Program-made: the position numbers and the translations under genes
NCBI GenBank assembly: GCA_036478895.1
Contig: JAZGEV010000011.1
Span: forward strand, 25,836 to 89,835
DNA length: 64,000 bases
Origin: Flavobacteriaceae bacterium
GTDB lineage: Bacteria > Bacteroidota > Bacteroidia > Flavobacteriales > Flavobacteriaceae
Reading direction: 5' to 3'
The notes under the pieces: model-generated
What the model saw: only the letters and a program-made list of their open reading frames with translations
Told to the model about the DNA's origin: nothing
Database searches by the model: none
Shown here: in pieces, positions 28,741 through 38,178 of the stretch
How positions within the stretch are numbered: the first letter of the stretch is position 1
Layout of the letters: every line of letters starts with the position of its first letter

Positions 28741-29016
28741 TTACTGCACAAAAACAGCTGTTCCAGTTATAGACACTACAGTTTGGTAACGTTGTTCTAA
28801 AAACTCAATATCTACTTTAATTCCAATAATTGCATTGGCTTTTAAATTGGCTGCGTGTTGTTTTATTTGCTGAAAAGCTTCTTCTTTTGCATTTCCAATA
28901 TTGGCTTCTAAATCGTCTTTCCAAACGGATTGTTTGTTGGTAGAAACCCCTGTAACGATGCCTAAATAATCGGCTATTTTAAAACCTTCAATTGAATTGG
29001 ATGTTGTTAATATCAT
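28741..29016 (-). CDS. YbjQ/UPF0145 family protein
   Basis: 91 aa. The MILTTSNSIEGFKIADYLGIVTG...ANAIIGIKVD pattern matches the family. Confidence 0.7.
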   Translation of the reverse strand: MILTTSNSIEGFKIADYLGIVTGVSTNKQSVWKDDLEANIGNAKEEAFQQIKQHAANLKANAIIGIKVDIEFLEQRYQTVVSITGTAVFVQ

Positions 29017-29045
29017 TGATTTTTATTTTTGGTGAAAATACAAAA

Positions 29046-29696
29046 TCAAACGTTTAAAACATAAAAATAAACGGAAACAAAATGACAAAAACTACCTATT
29101 AAAACAAAGACATGAAAAATGGCATGATTAAATTTTAATTTATTAATGCTATATAGAATAGCGCCAATAGTATATGAAATTCCGCCTGCAAATAACCATT
29201 GAACACCTTCGGTAGGTAAGCTAATGAGTAATGGCTTAATGGCAAATACAATAATCCAACCCATAAAAACATACATTAATGTTGATAATTTATCAAATTT
29301 ACCTGTAAAAAATAATTTAAGGATTACACCTGTTAAAGCTAAAAACCAAGTAATGCCAAATATCCACCAACCTGTTTTACCATGCAAGGTTACCAATGTA
29401 AAAGGCGTATAAGTACCAGCAATTAGTACATAAATTGATGCGTGATCAAAAATATTTAATCGTTTCCTAATTTTAGGGTCTTTTGCATTATGGAAAAAAG
29501 TAGACGCTGCATATAAAATGATTAAGCTAACTCCAAAAATACTAAAACTCACTATATGCCAAACATCACCAAGCTTACTTGCTTTTACAATTAAAAAAAC
29601 CGTAGCAACAATACTTGCAATTAAACCAAAACCGTGTGTTAAAACGTTTAATTTTTCTTCTTTTGGTTCGTAAATTTTTGAGACATAACCTTTCAT
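29046..29696 (-). CDS. Hemolysin III / PAQR family membrane protein
   Basis: Seven TM segments with FDHASIYVLIAGTYTPF and HAIFHVFVLIGSFCHF. Confidence 0.85.
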   Translation of the reverse strand: MKGYVSKIYEPKEEKLNVLTHGFGLIASIVATVFLIVKASKLGDVWHIVSFSIFGVSLIILYAASTFFHNAKDPKIRKRLNIFDHASIYVLIAGTYTPFTLVTLHGKTGWWIFGITWFLALTGVILKLFFTGKFDKLSTLMYVFMGWIIVFAIKPLLISLPTEGVQWLFAGGISYTIGAILYSINKLKFNHAIFHVFVLIGSFCHFVSVYFYVLNV

Positions 29697-30002
29697 ATAA
29701 TGAGCTTAACTATAATTAACTCTCTTATTTGTAAAATAGTATAGTTACATTGTTTATTCCTACGGAATTGAGTATTTATATTAAGTGGGTTTTGATATAA
29801 AAAACTAATATTGAAGTTAGTAATTAGCTATTATTTTATTGATTGTTGGGTGTAGTTTTTTGTTTCCATAATCTTTGATTTAATTACCTCTATAAGTTCT
29901 TTTCTATAAAACACACTTTATTTGTTAAATCATTTTTTTGAAAGAATTTTGAACAATATTTGACAGAATTCTTAAATTAAAGGTATTGATTTTTTATGAT
30001 GT

Positions 30003-30131
30003 CTAACGTTCTATGTAAGCGTAGTTGCGGATTTCAAGGCACTTACCTTTCAATTAATCACTAAACTTTGTTCAAAGATACAAACTTTGAATTTATCACA
30101 AAACCCGCAATTACGTTTACATTTTGTTGGC
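30003..30131. mobile_element. About 130-bp MITE-like element with imperfect 22-30 bp terminal inverted repeats
   Basis: ATGTAAGCGTAGTTGCGGATTT (left) versus the reverse complement of AAACCCGCAATTACGTTTACAT (right), 19/22 identical. Internal CTTTGTTCAAAG palindrome. Confidence 0.35.
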
Positions 30132-30137
30132 ATTTCG

Positions 30138-30620
30138 TTATTTATTTTTCCGTTTTATATCCATCACTCTCTGTTCGAAACTTACTTTATTCGTTAATGG
30201 GTTTTCATATTTACTGAATTTTTCATTGAGAAATTTATTATGTTTTGCCCGTTTTTGTTTAATCAAATCATAATGCGTAAACCTTGTCCAAAGAATTGAT
30301 TTTAATACTGTTTTGGTTTCATTCCACATTTGCATTTCTACAAGAATATCGCTTACATTCCATTCTAAAATTGTTGTTTGAATAATTGCTTTTTCCATTA
30401 AAAGTGCTGGAATGAAATAAGCGATTTGATTTTGTGTTACAAACCAACTTATTCCTTTTTTCTTTGCATATTCGTAAACATTAAAATCATAAATATTCAT
30501 CAAATGATTTTCTCTTTCGTTTATGAAATAGTCAATATATTTTGAATTATTTAAGTGATTAAAAGGGTCACAGTCTGGAAAACGAACAATTATAGTACTT
30601 TCAGGTGTTTTAGTTTTCAT
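30138..30620 (-). CDS. Thioesterase family protein (4HBT/YbgC-like hotdog)
   Basis: VRFPDCDPFNHLNNSKYIDYF is the catalytic-region pattern. ATGA overlap with the upstream gene. Confidence 0.7.
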   Translation of the reverse strand: MKTKTPESTIIVRFPDCDPFNHLNNSKYIDYFINERENHLMNIYDFNVYEYAKKKGISWFVTQNQIAYFIPALLMEKAIIQTTILEWNVSDILVEMQMWNETKTVLKSILWTRFTHYDLIKQKRAKHNKFLNEKFSKYENPLTNKVSFEQRVMDIKRKNK

Positions 30621-31105
30621 AATAAATTTTTTGTCATTTTTCCAATATTTATCCCTTCTGCTTTTGTGAATTTCATTTCACGAACAAATTCCATTTCTCC
30701 CCAAAGATATGTGTTTCCTTTTAGCCCTTTGGTTGTTCGCATTCGTCTATTTAGCCTTGAAATTTCTATTTCTGTTGCTTTTCTTTTTTCTCCTAATTCT
30801 CCATAAAGTCTAATTGCAGGATATTCACTAAATTTAAGTTTGTAAAGTGCTTTTATCCAAAACCATTTACTGCTATTAACTCCTAAAACACAAATGTTTT
30901 TATTTGTTTTAATATTTTCTGGAATTTTTTTCGGAAACTTTTCAAAATAAAAACCAGTTTGGTCTTTGTTTAAAAATACTGTTCCGATTGGTGTAACGGT
31001 TGGTTTATTGTCTTTATCAACTGATGCTATTGAAACAGACAAACTTGTTTTAAAACTTCTATTAAAATGCTTTTTAATTAGTTTCCAATTTGATTTTATA
31101 TCCAT
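30617..31105 (-). CDS. Pyridoxamine 5'-phosphate oxidase-like (FMN-binding split barrel) family protein
   Basis: SVSIASVDKDNKPTVTPIGTVFL resembles the PNPOx-like N-terminal strand pattern. The assignment is tentative. Confidence 0.4.
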   Translation of the reverse strand: MDIKSNWKLIKKHFNRSFKTSLSVSIASVDKDNKPTVTPIGTVFLNKDQTGFYFEKFPKKIPENIKTNKNICVLGVNSSKWFWIKALYKLKFSEYPAIRLYGELGEKRKATEIEISRLNRRMRTTKGLKGNTYLWGEMEFVREMKFTKAEGINIGKMTKNLL

Positions 31106-31179
31106 AATTCTGTTAATTTAATGATTTTGCAAAGTTCTAAATAAATCATCACAAATCTTTTGACATAAATCAAATTCGA

Positions 31180-31749
31180 TTATTTTTTTGCTCTTATTCT
31201 GCTTAAAGTTTCTTGTGTTATTCCTATATATGAGGCAATATCTCCTAATGAAATGTTTAATTCTATTTCAGGGAATTGTTTTAATAAAAATTCATACCGC
31301 TCTTTTGCTGTTGCAAATTGAAGATAAACAACCCTTTGTTGTAATTGCAACATTATCCTTGTTGTTATTATTCTTGAAAATCGTTCAAAATCGTGATATT
31401 TTTTAGATAATCTATTCAATTTTTCACGTTTGAATTCTAATAAAATACTATTTTCGGTTAATTCAATATAGTGTTCGCTTGGTTTTTTTAAAAAATAGCC
31501 TGTGATTGCACAGATGAATTCATTATTAAACGCAAACCAGTCTGTAATTAGTTTTCCGTCTTTTAAGTGATACGCTTTTGCACTTCCCTTATAAATGAAA
31601 AATAGTTTATCGGTATAATTTCCTTCTTTAACTAATTGAGTTCCTTTTTTAAGTTCTAAAACTCGTATATTTTCTTTCCATTCACCAACCGTTTCAATTG
31701 ACAGATTTGAATACTCTTTTGTTATTTTTTTGATGATTTCATTTAACAT
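31180..31749 (-). CDS. Crp/Fnr family transcriptional regulator
   Basis: cNMP-binding barrel (LKKGTQLVKEGNYTDKLFFIYKGSAK) and C-terminal HTH (LGDIASYIGITQETLSRIR). Start moved to MLNEIIKK to avoid overlapping rnr. Confidence 0.8.
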   Translation of the reverse strand: MLNEIIKKITKEYSNLSIETVGEWKENIRVLELKKGTQLVKEGNYTDKLFFIYKGSAKAYHLKDGKLITDWFAFNNEFICAITGYFLKKPSEHYIELTENSILLEFKREKLNRLSKKYHDFERFSRIITTRIMLQLQQRVVYLQFATAKERYEFLLKQFPEIELNISLGDIASYIGITQETLSRIRAKK

Positions 31750-31807
31750 TGAGTTCTGTTTTTTAATGAATGCCAACATGTATATATAAACAAATAATAA
31801 GTATAAC

Positions 31808-34087
31808 TTATTCAGAAATAAGCCAAAAATCAAGGTGTTTACGTTCTAAATCGGTTTTCTTAACCTTAACAGTTACCTCATCACCAAGTGTGTATTTATT
31901 TTGAGTGGCTTGTCCAACAATTGCGAATTGTTTTTCATCAAAGGTATAAAAATCATCTTTTATATCGTTTAAACGCACCATGCCTTCACATTTATTTTCG
32001 ATAATCTCTACATAAATTCCCCATTCGGTTACACCAGTAATTACACCAGTAAATTCTTCATTATTATGGTCTTGCATATACTTTACTTGCATATACTTAA
32101 TTGATGCACGCTCAGCTTTGGTTGCTAAATATTCTCGCTCTGATGAATGTTTACATTTTTCTTCATAGTCTTTTTGATTTGGTGTATTTCCACCATCCAA
32201 ATAATGTTGTAATAAACGATGTGTCATAACATCGGGATAACGTCTAATTGGTGACGTAAAATGACTATAATAGTCAAATGCTAATCCGTAATGACCAATA
32301 TTATCCGTTGTATAAACAGCTTTACTCATAGAGCGAATTGACAAGGTTTCAATCATATTTTGCTCTGCTTTTCCTTTTACATCGGTCAATAATTTATTGA
32401 TGGATTGTGTGGTGTCTTTTCGAGAATTGGTATTGATTTTATACCCAAATTTTCCTATAACACGTTGTAAATCTTCTAATTTTGAAGCGTCTGGCTGATC
32501 GTGAATTCGGTACACAAATGTTTTTTTGGTTGGTGTTCCGTTTTTATTTCTTCCAATAAATTCAGCTACTTTTCGGTTTGCTAAAAGCATAAATTCTTCA
32601 ATTAATTTATTAGCATCTTTGGATTCTTTAAAGTAAACGCCTGTTGGATTAAAATTGTCATCTAAATTAAAACGCACCTCAACACGATCAAACGATAATG
32701 CGCCAGTATCCATACGTCTTCTACGTAAAATTTTAGCTAATTTATCCATTTTTAAGGTGGCAAAAGCAAGCTCTGGTGTGGTGTTATATTCTTTATCCGT
32801 TAAGGAAATATCCGCAGGAATTGTGAGGTTTAATTTGTTCTCGACTCCGCTCGAACTGACATTGTTATTCTTAGAACTTGGGTCAATAAAATTATTATTT
32901 TCTAAGATAACTTGTGCTTCTTCATAAGCAAAACGAGCATCAGAATAAATAATTGTTCTCCCAAACCATTCGTTTAAAATGTGGGCTTTTTCATCCAGTT
33001 CAAAAACGGCAGAAAAGGTTAGTTTTTCTTCGTTTGGTCTTAGAGAACAGACGTTGTTTGATAAAACTTCGGGCAACATTGGCACCACGCGATCTACCAA
33101 GTAAACCGATGTTGCTCTATTGTACGCTTCTTCTTCCAAAATAGTACCTTCTTGTACGTAATGACTTACATCGGCAATGTGGATTCCTATTTCATAGTTC
33201 CCATTTTCTAAGATTCTAAATGATAAGGCATCATCAAAATCTTTGGCTGTTTTGGGATCTATTGTAAAAGTTAATATGTCTCTAAAATCGCGTCTTTTAG
33301 CAATTTCTGTTTCGGTAATTTTAATAGGTAATTTAGCAGCATCTTTTTCTACTTTTTCTGGAAATTCATAGGGTAAATTATATTCCAATAATATAGAGTG
33401 AATCTCTGTATTATGATCGCCTGGCATACCTAAAACCTTGGTTATTTTTCCAAACGGATTTTTTGAATTTTCGGGCCAATCTGTTAAAGATACCAATACT
33501 TTTTCACCGTCTTTTGCGCCATTCATATGTTTCATTGCAACAAACAAATCGGCATACATTTTTTTATCATCGGGTATTACAAAACCAAAATTTTTGTTCA
33601 TTTGTAAAACACCTACATAGTCGGTTTTTTCTCTTTCAATAATTTCTACAATATCGCCTTCGGTTTTTTTATTTTTTCGTCTACTATAGACATAAACTTT
33701 TACCGTATCGTGATGTAATGCATGATTCATATTCCTTGACGGGATGTAAATATCTTGCTCTAAATCATCGCAAATTACATACGCACCGCCACGAGAAGTA
33801 ACATCTACTTTTCCAACATAATAATTGTCTGCTGCTACTATTTGAAACTTACCACGCTCTTTTTCTTCTATCTTTTTTTCGATACTTAGCGTTGCTAATT
33901 CCCGAACTACTTGATTTTTACCATCGGGATTATCCAATTCCAACTGGCTGGCAATTTGTTTGTAATTGTAACTTTCTTTTGGGTTTTTATTTAACACGTC
34001 AAGTATTTTACGTGATAAATGTTTTATTTTATTTCCTGCTTTTTTCTTTTTGAAATTTTGCTGGAATTTCTTTTTTCCTTTACTCAT
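31808..34087 (-). CDS. rnr: Ribonuclease R
   Basis: K-rich N-terminus, cold-shock-like domains, RNB core (TIDPKTAKDFDDALS, HYGLAFDYYSHFTSPIRRYPD) and a C-terminal S1 domain. Confidence 0.95.
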   Translation of the reverse strand: MSKGKKKFQQNFKKKKAGNKIKHLSRKILDVLNKNPKESYNYKQIASQLELDNPDGKNQVVRELATLSIEKKIEEKERGKFQIVAADNYYVGKVDVTSRGGAYVICDDLEQDIYIPSRNMNHALHHDTVKVYVYSRRKNKKTEGDIVEIIEREKTDYVGVLQMNKNFGFVIPDDKKMYADLFVAMKHMNGAKDGEKVLVSLTDWPENSKNPFGKITKVLGMPGDHNTEIHSILLEYNLPYEFPEKVEKDAAKLPIKITETEIAKRRDFRDILTFTIDPKTAKDFDDALSFRILENGNYEIGIHIADVSHYVQEGTILEEEAYNRATSVYLVDRVVPMLPEVLSNNVCSLRPNEEKLTFSAVFELDEKAHILNEWFGRTIIYSDARFAYEEAQVILENNNFIDPSSKNNNVSSSGVENKLNLTIPADISLTDKEYNTTPELAFATLKMDKLAKILRRRRMDTGALSFDRVEVRFNLDDNFNPTGVYFKESKDANKLIEEFMLLANRKVAEFIGRNKNGTPTKKTFVYRIHDQPDASKLEDLQRVIGKFGYKINTNSRKDTTQSINKLLTDVKGKAEQNMIETLSIRSMSKAVYTTDNIGHYGLAFDYYSHFTSPIRRYPDVMTHRLLQHYLDGGNTPNQKDYEEKCKHSSEREYLATKAERASIKYMQVKYMQDHNNEEFTGVITGVTEWGIYVEIIENKCEGMVRLNDIKDDFYTFDEKQFAIVGQATQNKYTLGDEVTVKVKKTDLERKHLDFWLISE
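32840..32861. repeat. 22-bp intergenic-type repeat unit embedded in frame in rnr
   Basis: CTCGACTCCGCTCGAACTGACA is 20/22 identical to 35988-36009. Its reverse complement begins with the 13-mer at 35911-35923. Encodes VSSSGVE. Confidence 0.7.
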
Positions 34088-34309
34088 TTAATTGTTTGTT
34101 TGATGTATTCATATTAATTCAGAATACTTTTTTATATGATGTTGATTTTAAATAAACGAAGTGAGTTTATTTAAAATACCATCGTTAAGTTTAGCAAAGA
34201 TAGTTTATTTTTTTAAATTGATAACTTTATAAAAATTGATAACTAATTCAAAAGGTTTTAAAAAAATCAATTATTTAAATTAAATTTGCTGATAACCTAA
34301 ACTAAACTA

Positions 34310-34744
34310 ATGAAAACAATAGCCATTGCCAACGATCACGCTGGACCTGAATACAAATTTGAAATTGTTAAATATCTTGAATCTCAAAATTATAAAGTGC
34401 TTAATTTTGGTACAGATACTAATGATAGTATGGATTATCCTGATACTATTCACTTAGCTGCCAAAGCTGTAGCTGATAAAAAAGCCGATCTAGGCATCAT
34501 TATTTGTGGCTCTGGAAATGGCGCTCAAATGACGGCAAATAAACACCAAGATGTTAGAGCTGCTTTGTGTTGGAATAACGAATTGGTTGAATTATCTCGT
34601 TTACATAATGATGCTAATGTACTTAGTATTCCTGCACGTTTTGTGAGTAAACAACAGGCACTTGGTTTTGTTAAACTGTTTTTAGAAACAGAATTTGAAG
34701 GTGGAAGGCACGCCACTAGAGTTGATAAAATTAGATGCTGTTAA
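34310..34744 (+). CDS. rpiB: Ribose 5-phosphate isomerase B
   Basis: IAIANDHAG...IICGSGNGAQMTANK...HNDANVLSIPARF. Confidence 0.92.
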   Translation: MKTIAIANDHAGPEYKFEIVKYLESQNYKVLNFGTDTNDSMDYPDTIHLAAKAVADKKADLGIIICGSGNGAQMTANKHQDVRAALCWNNELVELSRLHNDANVLSIPARFVSKQQALGFVKLFLETEFEGGRHATRVDKIRCC

Positions 34745-34894
34745 TGTTACTAAAGAAACAAGACTGTTTCGCTGAAAGATGTTAGACACAAGACTAATCT
34801 AACTAGTTAAAAAATAGTTTATCAATGAAGTTTGATGGTCTAGTCTATTGAAAAGAAGCGGTCTTTCATTTAGTCTGCAAAATAATAAAAAATA

Positions 34895-35821
34895 ATGTCA
34901 CACAATCATTCACATAGCGGTCATAACCATCATCACCCAAAATTGAGTGGTAAAAACTTAATGATATCTATTGTATTGAATATCATTATTACCATTGCAC
35001 AACTTATTGGTGGTTTTTTATCGGGTTCTTTGGCGTTAATTTCTGATGCGGTTCACAACCTAAGTGATGTTGTTTCATTAATTGTGAGTTATGTTGCAAA
35101 CCGATTATCAAATTCTAAAAAACAAACCTTAAAACAAACTTTTGGTTTTAAACGAGCCGAAATTATTGCTGCTTTTTTTAATGCTGCAAGCTTAATTATT
35201 ATTGCTGTTTTCTTGGCGATTGAAGCAGTTAAGCGTTTTAATAATCCAACCGAAATAGAAAGTAACTTGGTTATTTGGCTAGCATTATTAGGAATTTTGG
35301 CCAACGGTTTTAGTGTTTTACTACTTAAAAAAGATGCGGAACATAACCTTAATATGAAATCGGCTTACTTGCATTTAATGACCGATATGTTGACTTCCGT
35401 TGCTGTTTTAGTTGGTGGTTTGATAATGAAATTCTATCAAGTTTATTGGGTTGATGCGGTGCTTACCTTAATTATATCTGTTTATCTTATTTTTATGAGT
35501 TGGCGCATATTTATGGAATCTTTAAAAATATTAATGCTTTTTGCACCAGATGATATTGATATTGCTGACATTGAAATTTCCATTTTAAAAATTGATAGTA
35601 TAAAAAACATTCATCATGTTCATATTTGGCAATTAAACGAACACAATTGTCATTTTGAAGCACATATTGAGTTTAAAAAAGATATTAAATTATCGGAATT
35701 TGATACCATTTGTGAAAACGTAGAACATTTATTAGCGCATGATTTTAATATTAATCATTCCAATTTACAACCAGAATTTAATAGAGATGATGATAAACAT
35801 TTTATTATACAAGACGAGTAA
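34895..35821 (+). CDS. Cation diffusion facilitator (CDF) family metal efflux transporter
   Basis: His-rich N-terminus (HNHSHSGHNHHH), SLALISDAVHNLSD and HLMTDMLTS motifs. Six TM segments plus a cytoplasmic domain. Confidence 0.88.
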   Translation: MSHNHSHSGHNHHHPKLSGKNLMISIVLNIIITIAQLIGGFLSGSLALISDAVHNLSDVVSLIVSYVANRLSNSKKQTLKQTFGFKRAEIIAAFFNAASLIIIAVFLAIEAVKRFNNPTEIESNLVIWLALLGILANGFSVLLLKKDAEHNLNMKSAYLHLMTDMLTSVAVLVGGLIMKFYQVYWVDAVLTLIISVYLIFMSWRIFMESLKILMLFAPDDIDIADIEISILKIDSIKNIHHVHIWQLNEHNCHFEAHIEFKKDIKLSEFDTICENVEHLLAHDFNINHSNLQPEFNRDDDKHFIIQDE

Positions 35822-35910
35822 AAAAGAAGTTAGAAATGAGACCGCTTTGCTGTAAGAAAAAAGACTAAAGACTTGAGTAATATTATTAATTTTTTTAATT
35901 CAAATAAAAA

Positions 35911-36009
35911 TGTCAGTTCGAGCATTTCGTCAAAGCTCAATATAAACTCCGCCGAGAACAGTTTTATATAAAAAAATAAAAAACAATCTCGACTCCGCTC
36001 GATTTGACA
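35911..36009. repeat. Composite repeat bounded by inverted TGTCAGTTCGAGC / CTCGACTCCGCTCGATTTGACA units
   Basis: Inverted arms are seen directly. The same unit occurs inside rnr at 32840-32861. Confidence 0.6.
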
Positions 36010-36047
36010 ATGCTTAACACAAGCTAATTATCATAATAAATAAAACT

Positions 36048-36491
36048 ATGCCAATCAAATTTTATCCCAAAGAATATAATCATTTAACAAAAGATGAACT
36101 GTACGAAATTTTAAGATTACGGTCTGAAGTTTTTGTAGTGGAACAAAACTGTGTGTATCAAGATATTGATGATAAAGATCAAATAGCAATGCATATTTTA
36201 GGCTATGTAGGTATAGAATTAGTTGCTTATGCGCGTATTTTTAAACCTGGTGATTATGTAAAAAAGGCAAGTATTGGTAGAGTTTTGGTACGTGAAAAAC
36301 ACCGTCAAAATGTTTATGGTTTCAGGTTAATGGAAACGTCTATTATGGCTATTAACATGCATTTTAGAGCGTTTAAAATTGAAATATCTGCTCAAGAACA
36401 TTTAAAAAAGTTTTATAACAGATTAGGGTTTATACAAATAGGAGATAACTATTTGGAAGATGGCATTCCGCATATAAAAATGATTAAATAA
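36048..36491 (+). CDS. GNAT family N-acetyltransferase (ElaA-like)
   Basis: LTKDELYEILRLRSEVFVVEQNCVYQDIDDKD is characteristic of ElaA-type GNATs. Confidence 0.8.
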   Translation: MPIKFYPKEYNHLTKDELYEILRLRSEVFVVEQNCVYQDIDDKDQIAMHILGYVGIELVAYARIFKPGDYVKKASIGRVLVREKHRQNVYGFRLMETSIMAINMHFRAFKIEISAQEHLKKFYNRLGFIQIGDNYLEDGIPHIKMIK

Positions 36492-36516
36492 ACACTATTT
36501 GTTTTTATAAAATTTT

Positions 36517-36550
36517 AAAAATCATTACTTATTTGAGTAATGATTTTTTT
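36517..36550 (+). terminator. Rho-independent terminator after the ElaA-like gene
   Basis: AAAAATCATTAC-ttatttga-GTAATGATTTTT followed by a T-run. Confidence 0.75.
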
Positions 36551-36554
36551 ATAC

Positions 36555-36587
36555 ACGTCATTCACGTTATTTATGACGTCACTCACG
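36555..36587 (+). promoter_or_regulatory. 12-bp direct repeat ACGTCA(T/C)TCACG x2 with 21-bp periodicity; candidate response-regulator or LytTR-type site
   Basis: ACGTCATTCACG (36555-36566) and ACGTCACTCACG (36576-36587). A GC-richer island in AT-rich DNA. Confidence 0.35.
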
Positions 36588-36921
36588 ACATTTTTTTGTT
36601 TTTAAGCTTCTTATCCCTTTACATTTGTGGTGTTGAAACATTTGAGGTGTTTTGGTAAAATTATTAATCATTTAAATAAAAATTGCTAATCATAATCAAT
36701 CGGTAAAAGAACATAATTATGATAATGGAAATAACAATCAATATAAAAATGGATCAAATTATTGGTTAAAAGTAGAAGAAAACCCAAATTTTAAAACAGT
36801 AGTTACTAAAATTAGTGATTATGCAAAATCAGCTAATACACCAAAGAATGTTGAGGAAATGAAAGATTTAGATATTTATAAATTCTCCTAAATATAATTA
36901 ATAAACTTAAAAATAAATAAT

Positions 36922-38169
36922 ATGAAAAATAATATATTTATAATTATTGTACTGATTTTAATATCAATTAATACTAACGCACAAACAAATCAACAATTCA
37001 CAAAACAATTTGTAACAGACAGTGGTGTTTATGGTTATGTAAAAATTACAACAAAACCTACAACGGTTGGTGGTGCTTATATTTGGATTCAACAAGATGC
37101 CGTTGTTATAGAAGGAATAAATGATTATACAGGTAATATGTTATCGGAAGTTGGTGTTAATTTCCCTTTTAATTGCTCCAATTGTGCTTTTTATGCAAGT
37201 GGTGAAGCAAGTATGCAAGTACCAGGTTGGACAAGAAGAGATTATGCTAAATTTAATAAAGGCGGTACTATTAATTCTGGTGGCTTTGGTAAAACCAATC
37301 AAACGGTACATTTTAGTGCGTCGGCTAAAAAAAGACATAATGATGCACGTTCAGAACATGGAAGTTCTTGGGAGAAAACTGGACGAGTTGAACAGATTTC
37401 TATACATAATGTAAAAGGCGCAGACATTAATAAAATTTCTGGATTTGTCAAAAAAATGAAATTGAAAAAATTAAATGAAGAAAGGGCAAAACTAGAAATG
37501 GAATTAAAACAAGATGACGGAAATTTTGCAACAGAAAACAATGATTCTACTACCAAAGAACAAACATCAAAAGAGAAAGATAATACAGAAAATAATGAAG
37601 GAGCAGTTGCAAAAAAAAATATAGAAAAAAGCGCTAAACAACCCATAAAAGAACCTGTTAAAGTACCTGATTTAAGCAGTGAGAAAATTAAAGCAGCAAC
37701 AACTGTTTTAGCAACAGCTGCTGTATTAGCTTCTTTTTCAAAAGAGGTTGGTTTGGGTGCCTATTATTCTATAGGAGGTATAGAAGCTATTGGTGCAGAA
37801 GGTTTATTTTTATTTTCAAAGAACATTGGAGCATCTGTAAATTATGGTGTTACTTTTCAAACAGAAAGTGAAAATAGAGATTCTATTGAAGGTTATGAAT
37901 ATGGTGGTGGAATTATTTTTAACATTAATAGGTCGTTTGGGTTTAGTGTTGATTTTCAATATTATCAAACTGTAAGTGGTGCTTATGATCAAAACCGAAA
38001 TCGTTTAGTTTTTGAAGAAAACGGTTCTCAAATTGGAGGATCGATATACTTAATGAATTTTTTAAAACTTAGTTATTTATCACCTGCATCAGGAGAATCC
38101 TATAGAAATTCAGAATTGATTGGAGAAGGTTCTGGAGCATTTAGAATAGGAGTTTATACTTATTTCTAA
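36922..38169 (+). CDS. Secreted protein, function unknown: N-terminal globular domain, K/E/N-rich linker, C-terminal beta-barrel-like domain
   Basis: Signal peptide ending NAQ. Alternating-hydrophobic C-terminal half ending RIGVYTYF (OMP-like terminal Phe). Confidence 0.5.
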   Translation: MKNNIFIIIVLILISINTNAQTNQQFTKQFVTDSGVYGYVKITTKPTTVGGAYIWIQQDAVVIEGINDYTGNMLSEVGVNFPFNCSNCAFYASGEASMQVPGWTRRDYAKFNKGGTINSGGFGKTNQTVHFSASAKKRHNDARSEHGSSWEKTGRVEQISIHNVKGADINKISGFVKKMKLKKLNEERAKLEMELKQDDGNFATENNDSTTKEQTSKEKDNTENNEGAVAKKNIEKSAKQPIKEPVKVPDLSSEKIKAATTVLATAAVLASFSKEVGLGAYYSIGGIEAIGAEGLFLFSKNIGASVNYGVTFQTESENRDSIEGYEYGGGIIFNINRSFGFSVDFQYYQTVSGAYDQNRNRLVFEENGSQIGGSIYLMNFLKLSYLSPASGESYRNSELIGEGSGAFRIGVYTYF

Positions 38170-38178
38170 AAATTAAAT

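Noticed and set aside
34215-34296. AAATTGATAACT direct repeats (34215-34226, 34233-34244) plus CTGATAAC (34289-34296) in the rnr/rpiB divergent promoter, considered as a regulator site.
   Set aside because: The repeats are real but short and AT-rich. The 18-bp offset is not helically phased, and no candidate regulator is nearby. It is noted but not promoted to a finding.
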